Source of the DNA: Neophaeotheca triangularis
Lineage: Eukaryota
Direction of reading: 5' to 3'
Assembly: GCA_054600435.1 (NCBI GenBank)
Contig: BAAIJX010000047.1
Span: 1-64,000 of the forward strand
DNA length: 64,000 nt
Made by a program: the position numbers and the translations under genes. Positions 38,901 through 50,053 of this stretch are shown here, one piece after another; the stretch's first letter is position 1; every line of letters begins with the position of its first letter. The notes below the pieces were generated by a model, which worked only from the letters and a program-made list of their open reading frames with translations, was not told where the DNA came from and made no database searches.

Positions 38901-40017
38901 TGTAATTCCGTCTGTCCCGACTGCTCAGCTTCCTACGACGCCCAGCACTCCGAACGCGCCGAGTACGACCACGACTACAACGATCACAATTGTTCCGACC
39001 GCTCCTGGTACCACTGCTCCCCTTCCGACTACCCCAAGCACTACAACAACTGTCCCATCGGTCCAGACTACCCCCAGAACTACTATTACTGTCCTCCCAC
39101 CTACCGTCCCTCTCCCTACTACCCTGATAACTTCCGCCATCCCGACAACTAATCCAGTGGAACTTGTTCGCCAAGCTGTCGCTGTCATTACGGCAATCAG
39201 TGCACAACCCTTTTGCTCGACGCTGCTTCTCTACTCAACGCCAATCGTGACCAACACCATACCTGTTACCACGACTCCTGTGGTCACCACCAGGGTCCAG
39301 TTTACCTCAGTCACTATCACCACGACGAATCCACCTGCCATAGTGCTAAGGACGTTCAACTCTGCCAACTATGCGAATGGTGTTTTCCCTTCCACAATTC
39401 CAGTCTCCTATCCTTCCTTCCTCCCGGGTGCTACATTCGCTACTACCGCGGGTATTCAGGCACGCCAAGCCAATCCTACGCCGACGGCGCTCGCGAATAG
39501 CTTCGCTCCGTCCATCATCACATCCGCTTGCAGGACCGCTGTCCCGTCGCCTACTGGCACCATCACCAACCTCATCACCTCTATTGTAACGGCAACGCCG
39601 ACTACGACGACCATCACTACGTCCACTGTCGTCGCTACTGCGACGGTGCTCAGCGCGCCTGCGTGTGCTCTCGGTGGCACTCAGGTCACAGGTGCGGGAC
39701 GTTGTCGATGCACCTATGACCTGACCTGTGGTCGTTTCGACAGCGCGGTCTGCAACCTAGCCGCGGGCACCTACACCTCGACCGCCGCCTGCGCCCAAGC
39801 CTGTGACACATTCAATGGCTGCGTCGGCGCCAACTTCAACCGCCAATCGGGGCTGTGTACTCTTTGCAGAGGCGAGCAACTCGGGAGCCCGAACCCTCTC
39901 AACCCGGCCCTCTCGAATGCTCTGTTGAACTTCAACTCAGCCTTTGGCGTCAACACGACTTCTGTTCTCAGACGCGATAGCTCTTGTTTAGCGAATACTA
40001 ACGTCTGTTTCCAATGA
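29956..40017 (+). CDS. Giant secreted Thr/Pro/Glu-rich modular mucin/adhesin-like protein (~3,335 aa)
   Basis: Signal MRFAVILAALCSVVSA; Cys-rich N-domain (SYDPAVCANRC...GCESFNIYFQRSPS...IHCAFWG); several tandem repeat families; three FC...AC modules; C-terminal Cys-rich PAN/Apple-like region; inferred GC-AG intron 30186-30239. Confidence 0.9.
30630..38860 (+). repeat. Coding tandem repeat arrays within the giant gene
   Basis: Units of 33 bp (~30630-30890), 159 bp (~31120-31700), 102 bp (~32910-33400), 108 bp (~34960-35590) and 81 bp (~36000-36260), plus PTTAPT/IVIPPVPTTEQST arrays (~37990-38860). Confidence 0.9.
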
Positions 40018-42050
40018 GTGGCTTTCTACTAGCATTCATATCGAACGAGTGCAGGCCCCGGTCGTTGCTTTCCAAAGACTTAGATCGGATGATGACGGTC
40101 GCGGCGATGCTGGCGTTTTGAAAGCTTAGATGCCGGAAAAGCATGGATTGCATTTTACGCAATTTCTCGCTTCAATTTTCTTGAACATTCGAGATTTTTT
40201 TGCTTTTCGTACATTTAATTTGTCTAGTCCCCCGTAGATATCATTCAATCTTTAGCCTTTGTTGAAACTTCAATAGATGGTCATTATGTTGATAGTATCG
40301 GCTGCAAATGCGCGGAGAAGCGATGTCGCCAGTGCTAGAATTGAAGATATCCGAGAATTCTGCCAGGAAAGGTAGAGTTTTGTTCACTCTATAGAAATCC
40401 AAGAGCAGTAAATCTACGGAGCATCGGAAGGGTTGTGCTAAAGACAAATCTAGTAAAGATTGAAGTCTGGTCAAGAAACCCAGCCGCGGCGCTTCCCTAT
40501 CCGCTACCTACACATATTAAGTAAATTCTACAACTCTGGAGGACAACTCATCCTAACCAACTGCTCGAACTTTTCACCTCGCTATCATCCTTCACGCTCG
40601 AACAAAAGCCTACTCAATGCTCTTGACTCTTTGCAGACACCATCCATCCTCACAAAGTGTTCCCAGCAGACACTAGATCCCCTTGATGCGGCACCTAACC
40701 GTGGCCGTAGGGTAGTCTCCAGACTCACGACGGGTACTTCAGTCATTTGCCAAGAGCCGGGGGAAAGGCTCGTTGTGGCCAAGAGGCAAAGATAGCATAC
40801 CGACCATCTCCCGGGTGGGAACGTAGAAGAAAATAATCTCTACCCGCTATTCGAACCAAGCTCGACCATGTATCGCCAGCGCGAGAGCTCATGTTCAACC
40901 GCCCAGCCGTCTTCACTTCCCCACTCCCCCACCCCTTTCGAGGCAAGCCCACCCACCCACCACTCATCATCCCAAAACCCGCCCCAGTTTTTCAGAAAGA
41001 CCACGTCCGATAGCGCGCCGAGTGCCCTTGTAAACAGAAGCCACCACTCGCGCGCGAAGAGTGCCGTGGTGGTTACCCGGCCAGCCAGCTCACACAGCTG
41101 CATCGTCAGATGGCACGCAAGCACCGCGCTTCAACCGCCGTGCCCCGATCCAAAGGTCGAGAGACAATCGCCGTTCGTCATCAGCTGCTGCTCGCGTTTG
41201 ATGCTGCGCCGGGGGACCACGCGTGGGCACTGCAAGCGTGGTCCTCATGTCGGTTTTTGGCGTAGCTTATCCGCTAGAGAGGGTAGGCGCGGCGATCGGC
41301 GTCGGCCTTGTGCTAGTGGAGTGGAACGTCGTCTTCAGCGTCGGAGCTCTCGCGCCGTCTGAGCCCCAAGTCTGGAGGGATCGGGAATGCGATGAGACGT
41401 GTTGGAGAGCGTCGATGCGAGAGGCATCGCCAGTACGCACGAGCAGCGTCGGCGGCATAAGAGGGAGAGGAGGTAGCCGCCACGCGCCGGACACGCTCGC
41501 TCCCAAACCGGGACATCCAGGGCGGCGTCTAGTTAGGTCGTCTGGGGGGAAATTGATTTGGAGACGGTAAGGACTAGTCTGGGATTAAAGCAGCGCAGCC
41601 TACCGCGAGGAGGGGGAGTCGAGTGCGCCGGGACCTGGGTGAACGGGTTCTCAACTGAAAGCGTACGATGACCCCAAGCGTACGATGTAATTGTGGGCGT
41701 CGATTTGCTGGAAGATGGCAAGATAGTCCATCTGCTTTTAGTCGAGGGAAAGTGGGAGACGGGGTGGTGGGAGCGGTAGGGTGGAGAGCGAGGGTCATGG
41801 GCTGGAAGGGTATGGAGAGTGGCCGGAACTCTTTGGGGAGCTTCGCCCAAGGATTGGTGGGGTAAGCACTTTGTAAAGGGAGAAGTAGTGAGCAAAAACA
41901 TCGTTGGTGCTTCAACTGCCACCCTCGAAGAATGACCTACCCTGGCAGTAAGAGATTTCAATTGCCTGTGTCGGAGATGAACCAAGGTAGCGTGAATTAA
42001 TTTCCATGTCCTCGTGATCATCGTAATCGTGTACTTTTCCCCAAAACGCC

Positions 42051-43415
42051 CTACCCTCTCCCACTACCCCGTCTCGTCTCCATAACATGTTCACTGACCG
42101 TCCCAGTAGCGGAAGGCGTCCTCATCAAATTCCCCGGCGCCAGTCCTCCTCCCCCACTTCCAACAGCCCTGCTATCCTTCCTCCCATCCCCCGAACCGCC
42201 ACTGCCATCGCCAGCTCCTGGAGCAGCAGCACCACCACCATCACTGCCGCCTTCTCTAACACTGCCGTCAGATGCTTTCCCCCTCGGTTCCAGCTTATCC
42301 TCGAAAGTGTCATAAGGTGCCGAGACCATGAATTCTCGCCCCCGATCTCCACTCCCGTACCTCGCATCGCTGGGCCAGCGTTGTTGTTGGTTGTGCATTT
42401 GATCCAGGCCTGTGGCATTGAGGTTGTATTTCGCCCAGTTGATATGGGGGGTACGGGTTACGGATTGCGGGGCTGGGATTGGGGGGTAAGAGGGTCGCGG
42501 TGGCTGTTGGTTTGATGGTGGTGGTGGTTGGGAGAAAGTGAAGGAGGTGGAAGGGAGGGAGGGTTGGGAATTTGGAATCTCGTGGTCGCTTGTGGAGGGT
42601 TGAGGCTGGGGGGGTTGTTGGGTTGGTGGGCGAGTGGTGGAGGCTTCTGCCGTGGCACCTGGGACGACGTTGGGTTCGTTTTCGTCGTCGGTGTCGGTGT
42701 CGGTGTCTGGGCCTTCGTTACCGGCGCGTTCGAGTAGCGCTTGCATCCCGCTTCCTGGTCTCCTTTCTTCCTTTACCCGTCCTGCTGCCAGTTCGTTGCT
42801 GAAGTGTTGCGGGTCTTGCAGGGCCAGCTTTTTGATCTTCTCCAGTGCTCGTAGATCATCTTGCGCCTTCTTTCGTTGAAATTGGAGGGTTGAAATGGCG
42901 GCTCTTAACGCAATGGCATCGCTTGAATCTTCGCTAGAAAACGGCAAACTCGGCGGTTCGGGTACATATTGAGTTGGCGGTATACTTGGCTCCGGAACTG
43001 CTGGTTGCGCCATCACCGTGGGAGCAGTGTCATCTGCCTGCTGCTGCTGTCTTTCGTGTTGATCAGCTTTACTGACCCCCCCATCCTGTGCCTGCGCCTG
43101 TGAAGTTCCAACCGCTTCCTGCACATCTTCCGGCGGTGGTTGCACGGTCCCTAGTTTTGCCAATATCGCTGGCAGCGCTTTGGGAGTGATGGGGCTGTAC
43201 TCGGGGCGGCGTGGAGAAGGTTGGCGTTGTGGTGGTGCTGCTGCTGCTCCTCCTTCTTGTTCGGACACTGCGGTGTTGGCGGCGGCGGCGGAGGCGGCGG
43301 AAGCGTCGCGTTGTAACGGTGATGGGCAGGTTGCGATGGTAGTGGGTGGAATGGTCGTCTGTGATTGATGAGGTTGATCGCCCGGTGGGCGGGGTGGCTT
43401 AATCGTCAAGGGCAT
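42051..43415 (-). CDS. Pro/Gln-rich hypothetical protein with a coiled-coil core
   Basis: 454-aa ORF with ordered blocks DAIALRAAISTLQFQRKKAQDDLRALEKIK and IPAPQSVTRTPHINWAKY. Confidence 0.8.
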   Translation of the reverse strand: MPLTIKPPRPPGDQPHQSQTTIPPTTIATCPSPLQRDASAASAAAANTAVSEQEGGAAAAPPQRQPSPRRPEYSPITPKALPAILAKLGTVQPPPEDVQEAVGTSQAQAQDGGVSKADQHERQQQQADDTAPTVMAQPAVPEPSIPPTQYVPEPPSLPFSSEDSSDAIALRAAISTLQFQRKKAQDDLRALEKIKKLALQDPQHFSNELAAGRVKEERRPGSGMQALLERAGNEGPDTDTDTDDENEPNVVPGATAEASTTRPPTQQPPQPQPSTSDHEIPNSQPSLPSTSFTFSQPPPPSNQQPPRPSYPPIPAPQSVTRTPHINWAKYNLNATGLDQMHNQQQRWPSDARYGSGDRGREFMVSAPYDTFEDKLEPRGKASDGSVREGGSDGGGAAAPGAGDGSGGSGDGRKDSRAVGSGGGGLAPGNLMRTPSATGTVSEHVMETRRGSGRG

Positions 43416-44250
43416 GTGACTTTGGTGGCCTGTGCGCGGAGGAGAGATGAGGTTAAGAGGCTACGAGGATTGTTCGTTTGATTTCGTTAGGCTTGCTGCC
43501 TTTGGACCTTTTCTCAATCAAATTAAAACAGTTGAAACCTGCGTGTTTGTTTGAGGATAACCTATGTCAGTAATTACCCAGTGGAGTTAGGTACTCTCGA
43601 CCGATCAGGTAAGGTACCTTCAGTAACTTAGTCTTTCTTCCCGAAGCCGTGCCTGTTCGTTCTCGCCACCTGCATTATTCCAGTTCGCCACGTGACCCCG
43701 CGTCAATGACGCGACTTTCCGTCAATTGCCGGCTTCATGCCTTCCCTTTTCGGTCAAGAACAGATGAACGCGTCGAGTGTGAGGTGTTGTACCTAAAGAT
43801 TGTACAGATTACAACTCCTACATGTCTTACACTCCCCATCGCTATAGGTTTTGTGCCAAGCGCCGCGGTGAATGCCACAGTGAAGCTGTATAGGCTGAGC
43901 CGGTGTGCAAAGCGTAGGTTCAAATACCCTCTATCATACCTACGTCCGGAAGGCATCCCGTCAGTGTGATGGCTACTGTATCATGTCATAGGTGTATTCA
44001 TGCTACTGGCAAGTACAGACGCCAGGCAGTAAGGAAGTAGCGCAGTATGGCCTTTCTTCCCATGTCCGGAGACTGTAGTCCTTCATACCACCTTTAGCTC
44101 GAGACTGTTCGTGCTTTTGCCGAGTTGTCTACTGCCAACTACACCCACTCCGTCCACGCTGTCAACGAACATTAGCCGAACGAACACTAGGAACTGTTGG
44201 AGTCGATAGATACCACACCGCCTAGAGCCCCGGCCAGCACAATCTCCATC

Positions 44251-45250
44251 ATGGCTCTCCTCACACTCCTCCTCATTCCAACCACGCTCGCCCTCGCTCA
44301 ATCACCGCCAGCCTGTCTAGTACCTCAACCATCGCACCCCAAACACCAACCGCGGCTAACACCCCACGCAGCTCCCTTGCCTCGAGCCCCTAGCAAACCA
44401 AACCAGTACCCTCTGCACCAACACCCTCCCGGACCTACTGACCTGCCTGACCACCGCCTGCTCAACCATACCACTGCAATCCACCAATCCCACCCTCAAC
44501 ACCACCACTGCAGCTCACACCCTAACACTCTCCCCCCAGCGCCAGCCCTTTTGCGAAACCAGCAGCATCATCTCGGCCGACACCCCGACCCGAAACTCAG
44601 GCCCCAAGCTCGATCTCACCAGCGAAAGCGAGTGTGTCACCAACGATTGGAAATTCGGCAGTTTCACCGCTTCCCCATCCGGCTCGGAGGACTGGCAAGA
44701 GTTGCAAGAGCTCTGCGTCGTAATGGTGTATCCCGAGGGCGACTGTAGTGGGATCGCGAGCCGAGAGTCTTTGGCAAACGTGTTGGAGGGAACGTGTGTG
44801 TGGCGTGAAGGGCGGAGTGTACGGCTTGTGTGCGCGGGGAATCGGTATGAGGGTGAGTCTTCCTTCTTGGCGAGTAGATGGACTCGTGGGTTTGATGGAG
44901 TGAGTGACTAATGTGGACGTGCAGATGCTCTGGCTTATGTGACGCACTTTTGCCGTGGTGAGGCTACGCTGCCGATTGCTCCCAGTCCCATGATTGCGAG
45001 CTCGACCTCTTCAGTGGATGGGGCGAGGGCTACGACTTCCGCGACACTGGGGTTAGTCATACCGGTCGTGGGTGCGAACGGCACTGTTTTTGCTACCGAG
45101 GCGCCACAGTCTCCGCCTGGGGATGGGGTTTATGGGCTCAACAACTCGCTGGGAAATGCGATGCTCGAGAGTGTTGCAGGCGAAGCTGAAGTTTCCTTGG
45201 GCTCGTTTGCGGTTGTTGTGGGCGTTCTCGTGGTGGTAATAGTTTTCTGA
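44251..45250 (+). CDS. Small secreted, probably GPI-anchored Cys-containing protein (3 exons)
   Basis: Signal MALLTLLLIPTTLALA; introns 44320-44371 and ~44852-44923 restore one frame; PPACLLPC...LC...TC...AC pattern; hydrophobic C-terminus FAVVVGVLVVVIVF. Confidence 0.8.
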
Positions 45251-45591
45251 AGTCGACGACAATTTGACACACGTTTAGGACTCACGATGTTCACTGAGCG
45301 AAGATGGCAATGGCATGGTCAGTCTAACACGGCACGGCAATCGACGGAACTAGTCGATATAGTAAAGCAGCAGATTAAATGCATCCATATGTTCAGGGTG
45401 TCAGTCCGCGTGCGTCGTGAACAGCTGGAGCTTGCCCGAGCTGGAGCGTGTCCGTCCGGGTGTCCATGACGTCCTCGACGTTGAACGTCATGATGATAAA
45501 TAAAAGGCATTCCAACAAACCTGACAGTCGAAACTCACATAACGTGATAGATAACTATAGCTCACATCTTTCTTCTCTTGCAGCAAATAAC

Positions 45592-46754
45592 ATGCTCCGT
45601 CTCTTCTCTTCCAAAACTCCCTCAACCAGCACCTGCACCTTCCTCCGTACAGCAATCTCCACCGCTTCCAGACGCTCCACCCTCGCTCCCCTTACCCTCG
45701 TCTCCCCACGCACACGCACAATGGCTACCGGAAAGGCAGACAATGAGCAGATGAAGGCTTCGAGCCTGTTTGATGTCTCGCACATGTAAGGAAACTCTCC
45801 GTCACCATCGAGGACATGCAACATCTGACAATTTTCCCAGCACTGCCCTCGTCACCGGTGGTGCTACTGGTAATCACACCCCCCTTAACCTCCGTCAATA
45901 CTTGTCCCCCACAAACTAACCATCCCACCCTCCCCTACTCCCCAGGCGTCGGTCTCATGATCACTCAAGCCCTCGTCGCAAACGGCGCCAAAGTCTACAT
46001 CACCGGCCGCCGGCAAGAAGTCCTGGACCAAACGGTAAAACTCTACTCAACAGGTCCGGGTAGCATCCACGCCATCCAGGGCGACGTCTCCAAAAAGGAC
46101 GAATGCATCCGCCTAGCCTCGGAACTCTCCCAAAAAGAATCCAAAGGCCTCCATCTCCTCGTCAACAACGCCGGCGTCGCCCGCGATCAAAAAACCCAAT
46201 TCGCAGTCGCCGGCATGCCGCAAATGGACTCCCCCGAAGCAATCTCCAAGCACTTCCTCCAAACCCCGGAAGAGTCCTGGGACGAAACCTTCCGCATCAA
46301 CGTCACAGGCGCTTACTACATGTCCATGGCCTTCCTCCCCCTCCTCGCCAAAGGCCGCGACGTCACTCCCGGCTACACCTCCCAAATCGTCAACGTCTCC
46401 TCCATCTCCGGCGCCATGAAGGGAATGTCCGGCGGGCAACCAGCTTACGCTGCTTCGAAAGCGGCCTTCACCCACCTCTCCCGCATGCTAGCCACGACGA
46501 TCAAGGACACCAAGGTCCGCTGCAACGTCATCGCCCCGGGTCCTTTCCCCAGCGAAATGACCGCCGGCAGCAGCGGCGAGGACAACAAGTCCAAATTGGA
46601 CATGCAAGTCACCAACCCTGCCGGCAGAGTCGGGCATGATACGGACATGGGCGCGACCATTTTGTTCTTGGCCGGGAAAGGTGGCGTCTTTTACAATGAG
46701 CAGATCATGTACCCGGATGGCGGCAAGACGCTTATTGAGCCCGCTTACAAATAG
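45592..46754 (+). CDS. SDR oxidoreductase with a possible mitochondrial presequence
   Basis: Spliced ALVTGGATGVG, LVNNAGV, YAASK and NVIAPGPFPSEMT; introns 45786-45840 and 45870-45945; Arg/Ser/Thr-rich, acid-free N-terminus; second in-frame ATG at 45721. Confidence 0.9.
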
Positions 46755-48430
46755 ATAAGACGGCTGGTTTGGTATCTGTACACTGTAGGATAGAACGGGT
46801 GTGCAAGTGGAAAAGATGATAACGACCGAGGCTGTTCGGGGTACATGATGTTTGATCACGACAGACAGCAATCTGTTATCACGTTACAATAATGCAAGTT
46901 TAAATTCGGCAGTTAAGTAAAATCTCCTTTTTCTCGTACCCGGATTGCTTCCCGCATCTACAGTCTCCGCGCGAAGAGTCAGCGGTTGCGTACGAGACGA
47001 GCCAAAAAAAAAAAAAACTGCCACGAAAAGAAAGAAGAAGAGGAAGAAGAAGAGGCCCCCCTCCTACACTAACCAACTACAGCCACATCCCTGCCTCGCG
47101 TACCTTACTTCGGCCAAAAGCCTCTAAACACCCCAAAATAAGTAGTATCACCGAAAAAAAAAGAAATAAAAAACGTCCCCCAGCTAGCCCCGCAGTTACA
47201 CAAGAAGAGTGCAACCAATCTTCCGCCGCAGCGAGTACAGCTTCCCCATCTCCTGCTATGGCAATATGAAGTCTCTATAGCTTGGGCGAGCGGGTTTGAA
47301 GAAGCGAGCTTAGGATGAGAGACGCTTCGTGGTCTAGAAGTTATAGGGTAGTAGGGACGGAGCTAGGCAGGTTTGGTTGGGCTGGGTTTTTTTCCTTTAG
47401 GGGTCCTCTTCTAGGGAGGGGGGTTAGTTTGGAGGTTTACGGCTCCGGACTGTAGGGTTTGGTTTTAGAGCTAGGTTAGGTCGTTGGCTTGGTTGTGTGC
47501 GGTAATCGGGTAGCGAGGTCGGTAGGGAGGAATGGCTAAGCATGTGTTTTTGTGTGTATATTGGTGTTTGTGTATATAGTAGGTATGTGTGTGTAGTTTG
47601 CAGGGTGCGGTTAGCTTAGAGTTAAGCGTAATGGCTCGTGGCTTTGTGCTAGAGAGATGCGACGATTATATCTATTTCGTTAGAACCAGCCTAAGAGGGC
47701 ACGAAAGTACGAGGGCGTATTCCGTACAATGCGCATTCATGCCTCTTTCGTGATCGTCGCGTGAGAAAGAGTGGTTGTCACATCGGCCTCCAAACAACCG
47801 CAAGCCCGATTATCCACTACCTCACTTCACTTCACTTCGGTTTTTTCAACAATAGAGCAACGCATATCAATGGCTACCCACCGACAATACCCAAACAATG
47901 TCTCAAGCAACAATATCCATTCAGTCAGAGACATGCCATCCTATTGTCTCAAACTTCACCTTGAAGCTATTCAAGCGACTCCCACTGAGACCTATAACTT
48001 CAACATCGTCCACCACCGTTCCCTTCCTCTTTCTTTCCTTTTTCCTCCAGACTACATAATATAATTCAACTTTCCTCGCAGGCGAAAGAGCATTCCTTAC
48101 CATTCACCGTTCACCACGCAACTTCGACCGAATCCGTCACAAAGACAAAGAAAAGCCACACTTCGAGATCCTTCTCCCAGGCGAAGAACAAAGACATCTA
48201 CCACTCTCCACACACGCACACATCGACAACAATGCCCTCCCCATCCCCCATTCCAGCCAAAATCGCCAGCCCAGGCGCAAAGAAAGCCTCGAGGAAACCC
48301 TTCAGCGTCGGCCGGACCGTCAGACGCGAACAAAGCGTAAGTCCCTCCTTTTTTTTCTTCCCAGTCTGCTCCCGTTCTACCTCTCTCGTCACATTCCTTC
48401 ACCAGTCGTGCTAGAGACAATGCAAGCGCA

Positions 48431-50053
48431 ATGGCTGACGACGAAATTTTCAAACAGTATTACGCCAATGCCTACGAGGATGCCAGACGCCGCGCCGAGA
48501 TTGCGCAGTATCGGCTTGCTCACCCTGAGGAGGCCTATGTCGATTTACCAAGTCAGGGATTGCCAGCCTCGACGCCGGAGAAGTTTGCCACGGTTGCTGG
48601 GAAGCAGGTAGAGGGTGGGTCCCTGGCTCTGTTGAAGGGGATCTTGCTGTGGCTATTGCTGGCTGCGGCTGTTATCGTCGTTGGTTGGTCTGTGTGGAAG
48701 ATTGCTGCCAAGGTCGCTGGGTTCGACGAGAGAGAGAAGGAAGTGATCGAGTTGGACGATGGCGACGACGACGACGATGTGGTTGTGATTGTCGAACGTC
48801 CGAGTGCAAAGGCACCCGCTCCGGCTCCAACTCCAGCTCCGGCTCCAGCCCCGGCACTCTACTACGAAGAGAGCGACGACGATATGGACGAGGAGGAAGA
48901 GCGCATCCTGGCGGAAGTGAACCGTCGCGCTGCTAAGCAAGCCGCCGCCGCCGAAGTTGGAAAGAACTCCTTCTTATTCCTCGCCAATATCTTCGGGCCA
49001 TTTTTCACCCTCATCTTCGAAATCTACGACACTATCGTCGAGATCCTCGGCGCCATCTATAGGCTCTTCGGTGACTTTTGCGGCCTCTTCGCCTTGGACA
49101 TTCCCAACTTTATCGCAAACTTCACCGTCAATTGGCGTATCATCGGCCGCGACCTCGCCTTGTTCGTCGACAGGGTCTTACACGGCATTGCATCACTCCT
49201 GGGGACCGTTCTCCTTCTGACTTTTTACCCAATCCGTTTCATCTACAACCACATCCTCCGCCCTCTCGGCCGCCTTTTTCGCTACCTATCTACCCGCCCC
49301 CTCATCTCCAACCAGACCCGCATCGCCGTCGACAACCAGCTCGAAGCCTTCCTAAACGCCCGAATCTGGCGATTCCTAACCGAGACCCACAACACCCTCG
49401 TCGACAACCTCGCCCGCTACCTCCTCCGCCTCTTCTGGCTCTTGCCCTTGCTCCTCCTCGCAGCCGCCCTCCTAATCTCCCCCTACCGCAACCTCCGCAA
49501 CCACCTCACCACCTCAGGCATCCCCCTAACCCACCCCTTCCACCTCCCCTCCTGGGCCCACACCGCCCGAGCCAGACAATACGGCCTCCCACCCCCAGAG
49601 CCGATAGCACGTTGGCGGGACCTGCTAGACTGGCGGCCGGCCTCCTCCGGCCCTTCGGCGGAAACCGTGTGGACGCGCCTCCTTCCCCTCGCGCCCACGG
49701 GCTCCGCCACCGAGCCGGAGGACTCCTGGGTCACGCTAACAGTCACGGAGACTCTCCCACCGGCTCCCGCCGCGACGGAGACTTCGTGGCTTGCGGCCAC
49801 CGCTACGGAGACCCTAGAGCGGGAGACGGTGACGGAGGTGGCGACGTTGACGCACGTCGTGACTGCGACTGCGACTGCGGGCGCGGTGGATGCCGCAGGA
49901 GGGAGTTTCGGGTCGGAGGCGCTCGGCCATAGGGTTTTGGAGGATTGGGGACGGGTGGGGGCTGGGGGGCTCGCGGCGAGGGAGATGGGGGAGCAGTGGA
50001 GGGGGTTTTGTCGGGATTGTAAGCAGGCGCATTGTTGCGAGTTGAAGGAGTGA
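48431..50053 (+). CDS. Hypothetical multi-pass membrane protein
   Basis: 540-aa ORF with several hydrophobic segments and C-terminal CRDCKQAHCC; the 5' structure is uncertain. Confidence 0.7.
   Translation: MADDEIFKQYYANAYEDARRRAEIAQYRLAHPEEAYVDLPSQGLPASTPEKFATVAGKQVEGGSLALLKGILLWLLLAAAVIVVGWSVWKIAAKVAGFDEREKEVIELDDGDDDDDVVVIVERPSAKAPAPAPTPAPAPAPALYYEESDDDMDEEEERILAEVNRRAAKQAAAAEVGKNSFLFLANIFGPFFTLIFEIYDTIVEILGAIYRLFGDFCGLFALDIPNFIANFTVNWRIIGRDLALFVDRVLHGIASLLGTVLLLTFYPIRFIYNHILRPLGRLFRYLSTRPLISNQTRIAVDNQLEAFLNARIWRFLTETHNTLVDNLARYLLRLFWLLPLLLLAAALLISPYRNLRNHLTTSGIPLTHPFHLPSWAHTARARQYGLPPPEPIARWRDLLDWRPASSGPSAETVWTRLLPLAPTGSATEPEDSWVTLTVTETLPPAPAATETSWLAATATETLERETVTEVATLTHVVTATATAGAVDAAGGSFGSEALGHRVLEDWGRVGAGGLAAREMGEQWRGFCRDCKQAHCCELKE

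Noticed and set aside
48232..48414. Possible upstream exon for the 48431 gene (GTAAGT donor at 48337)
   Set aside because: No acceptor gives both the correct frame and a plausible intron length; unresolved.
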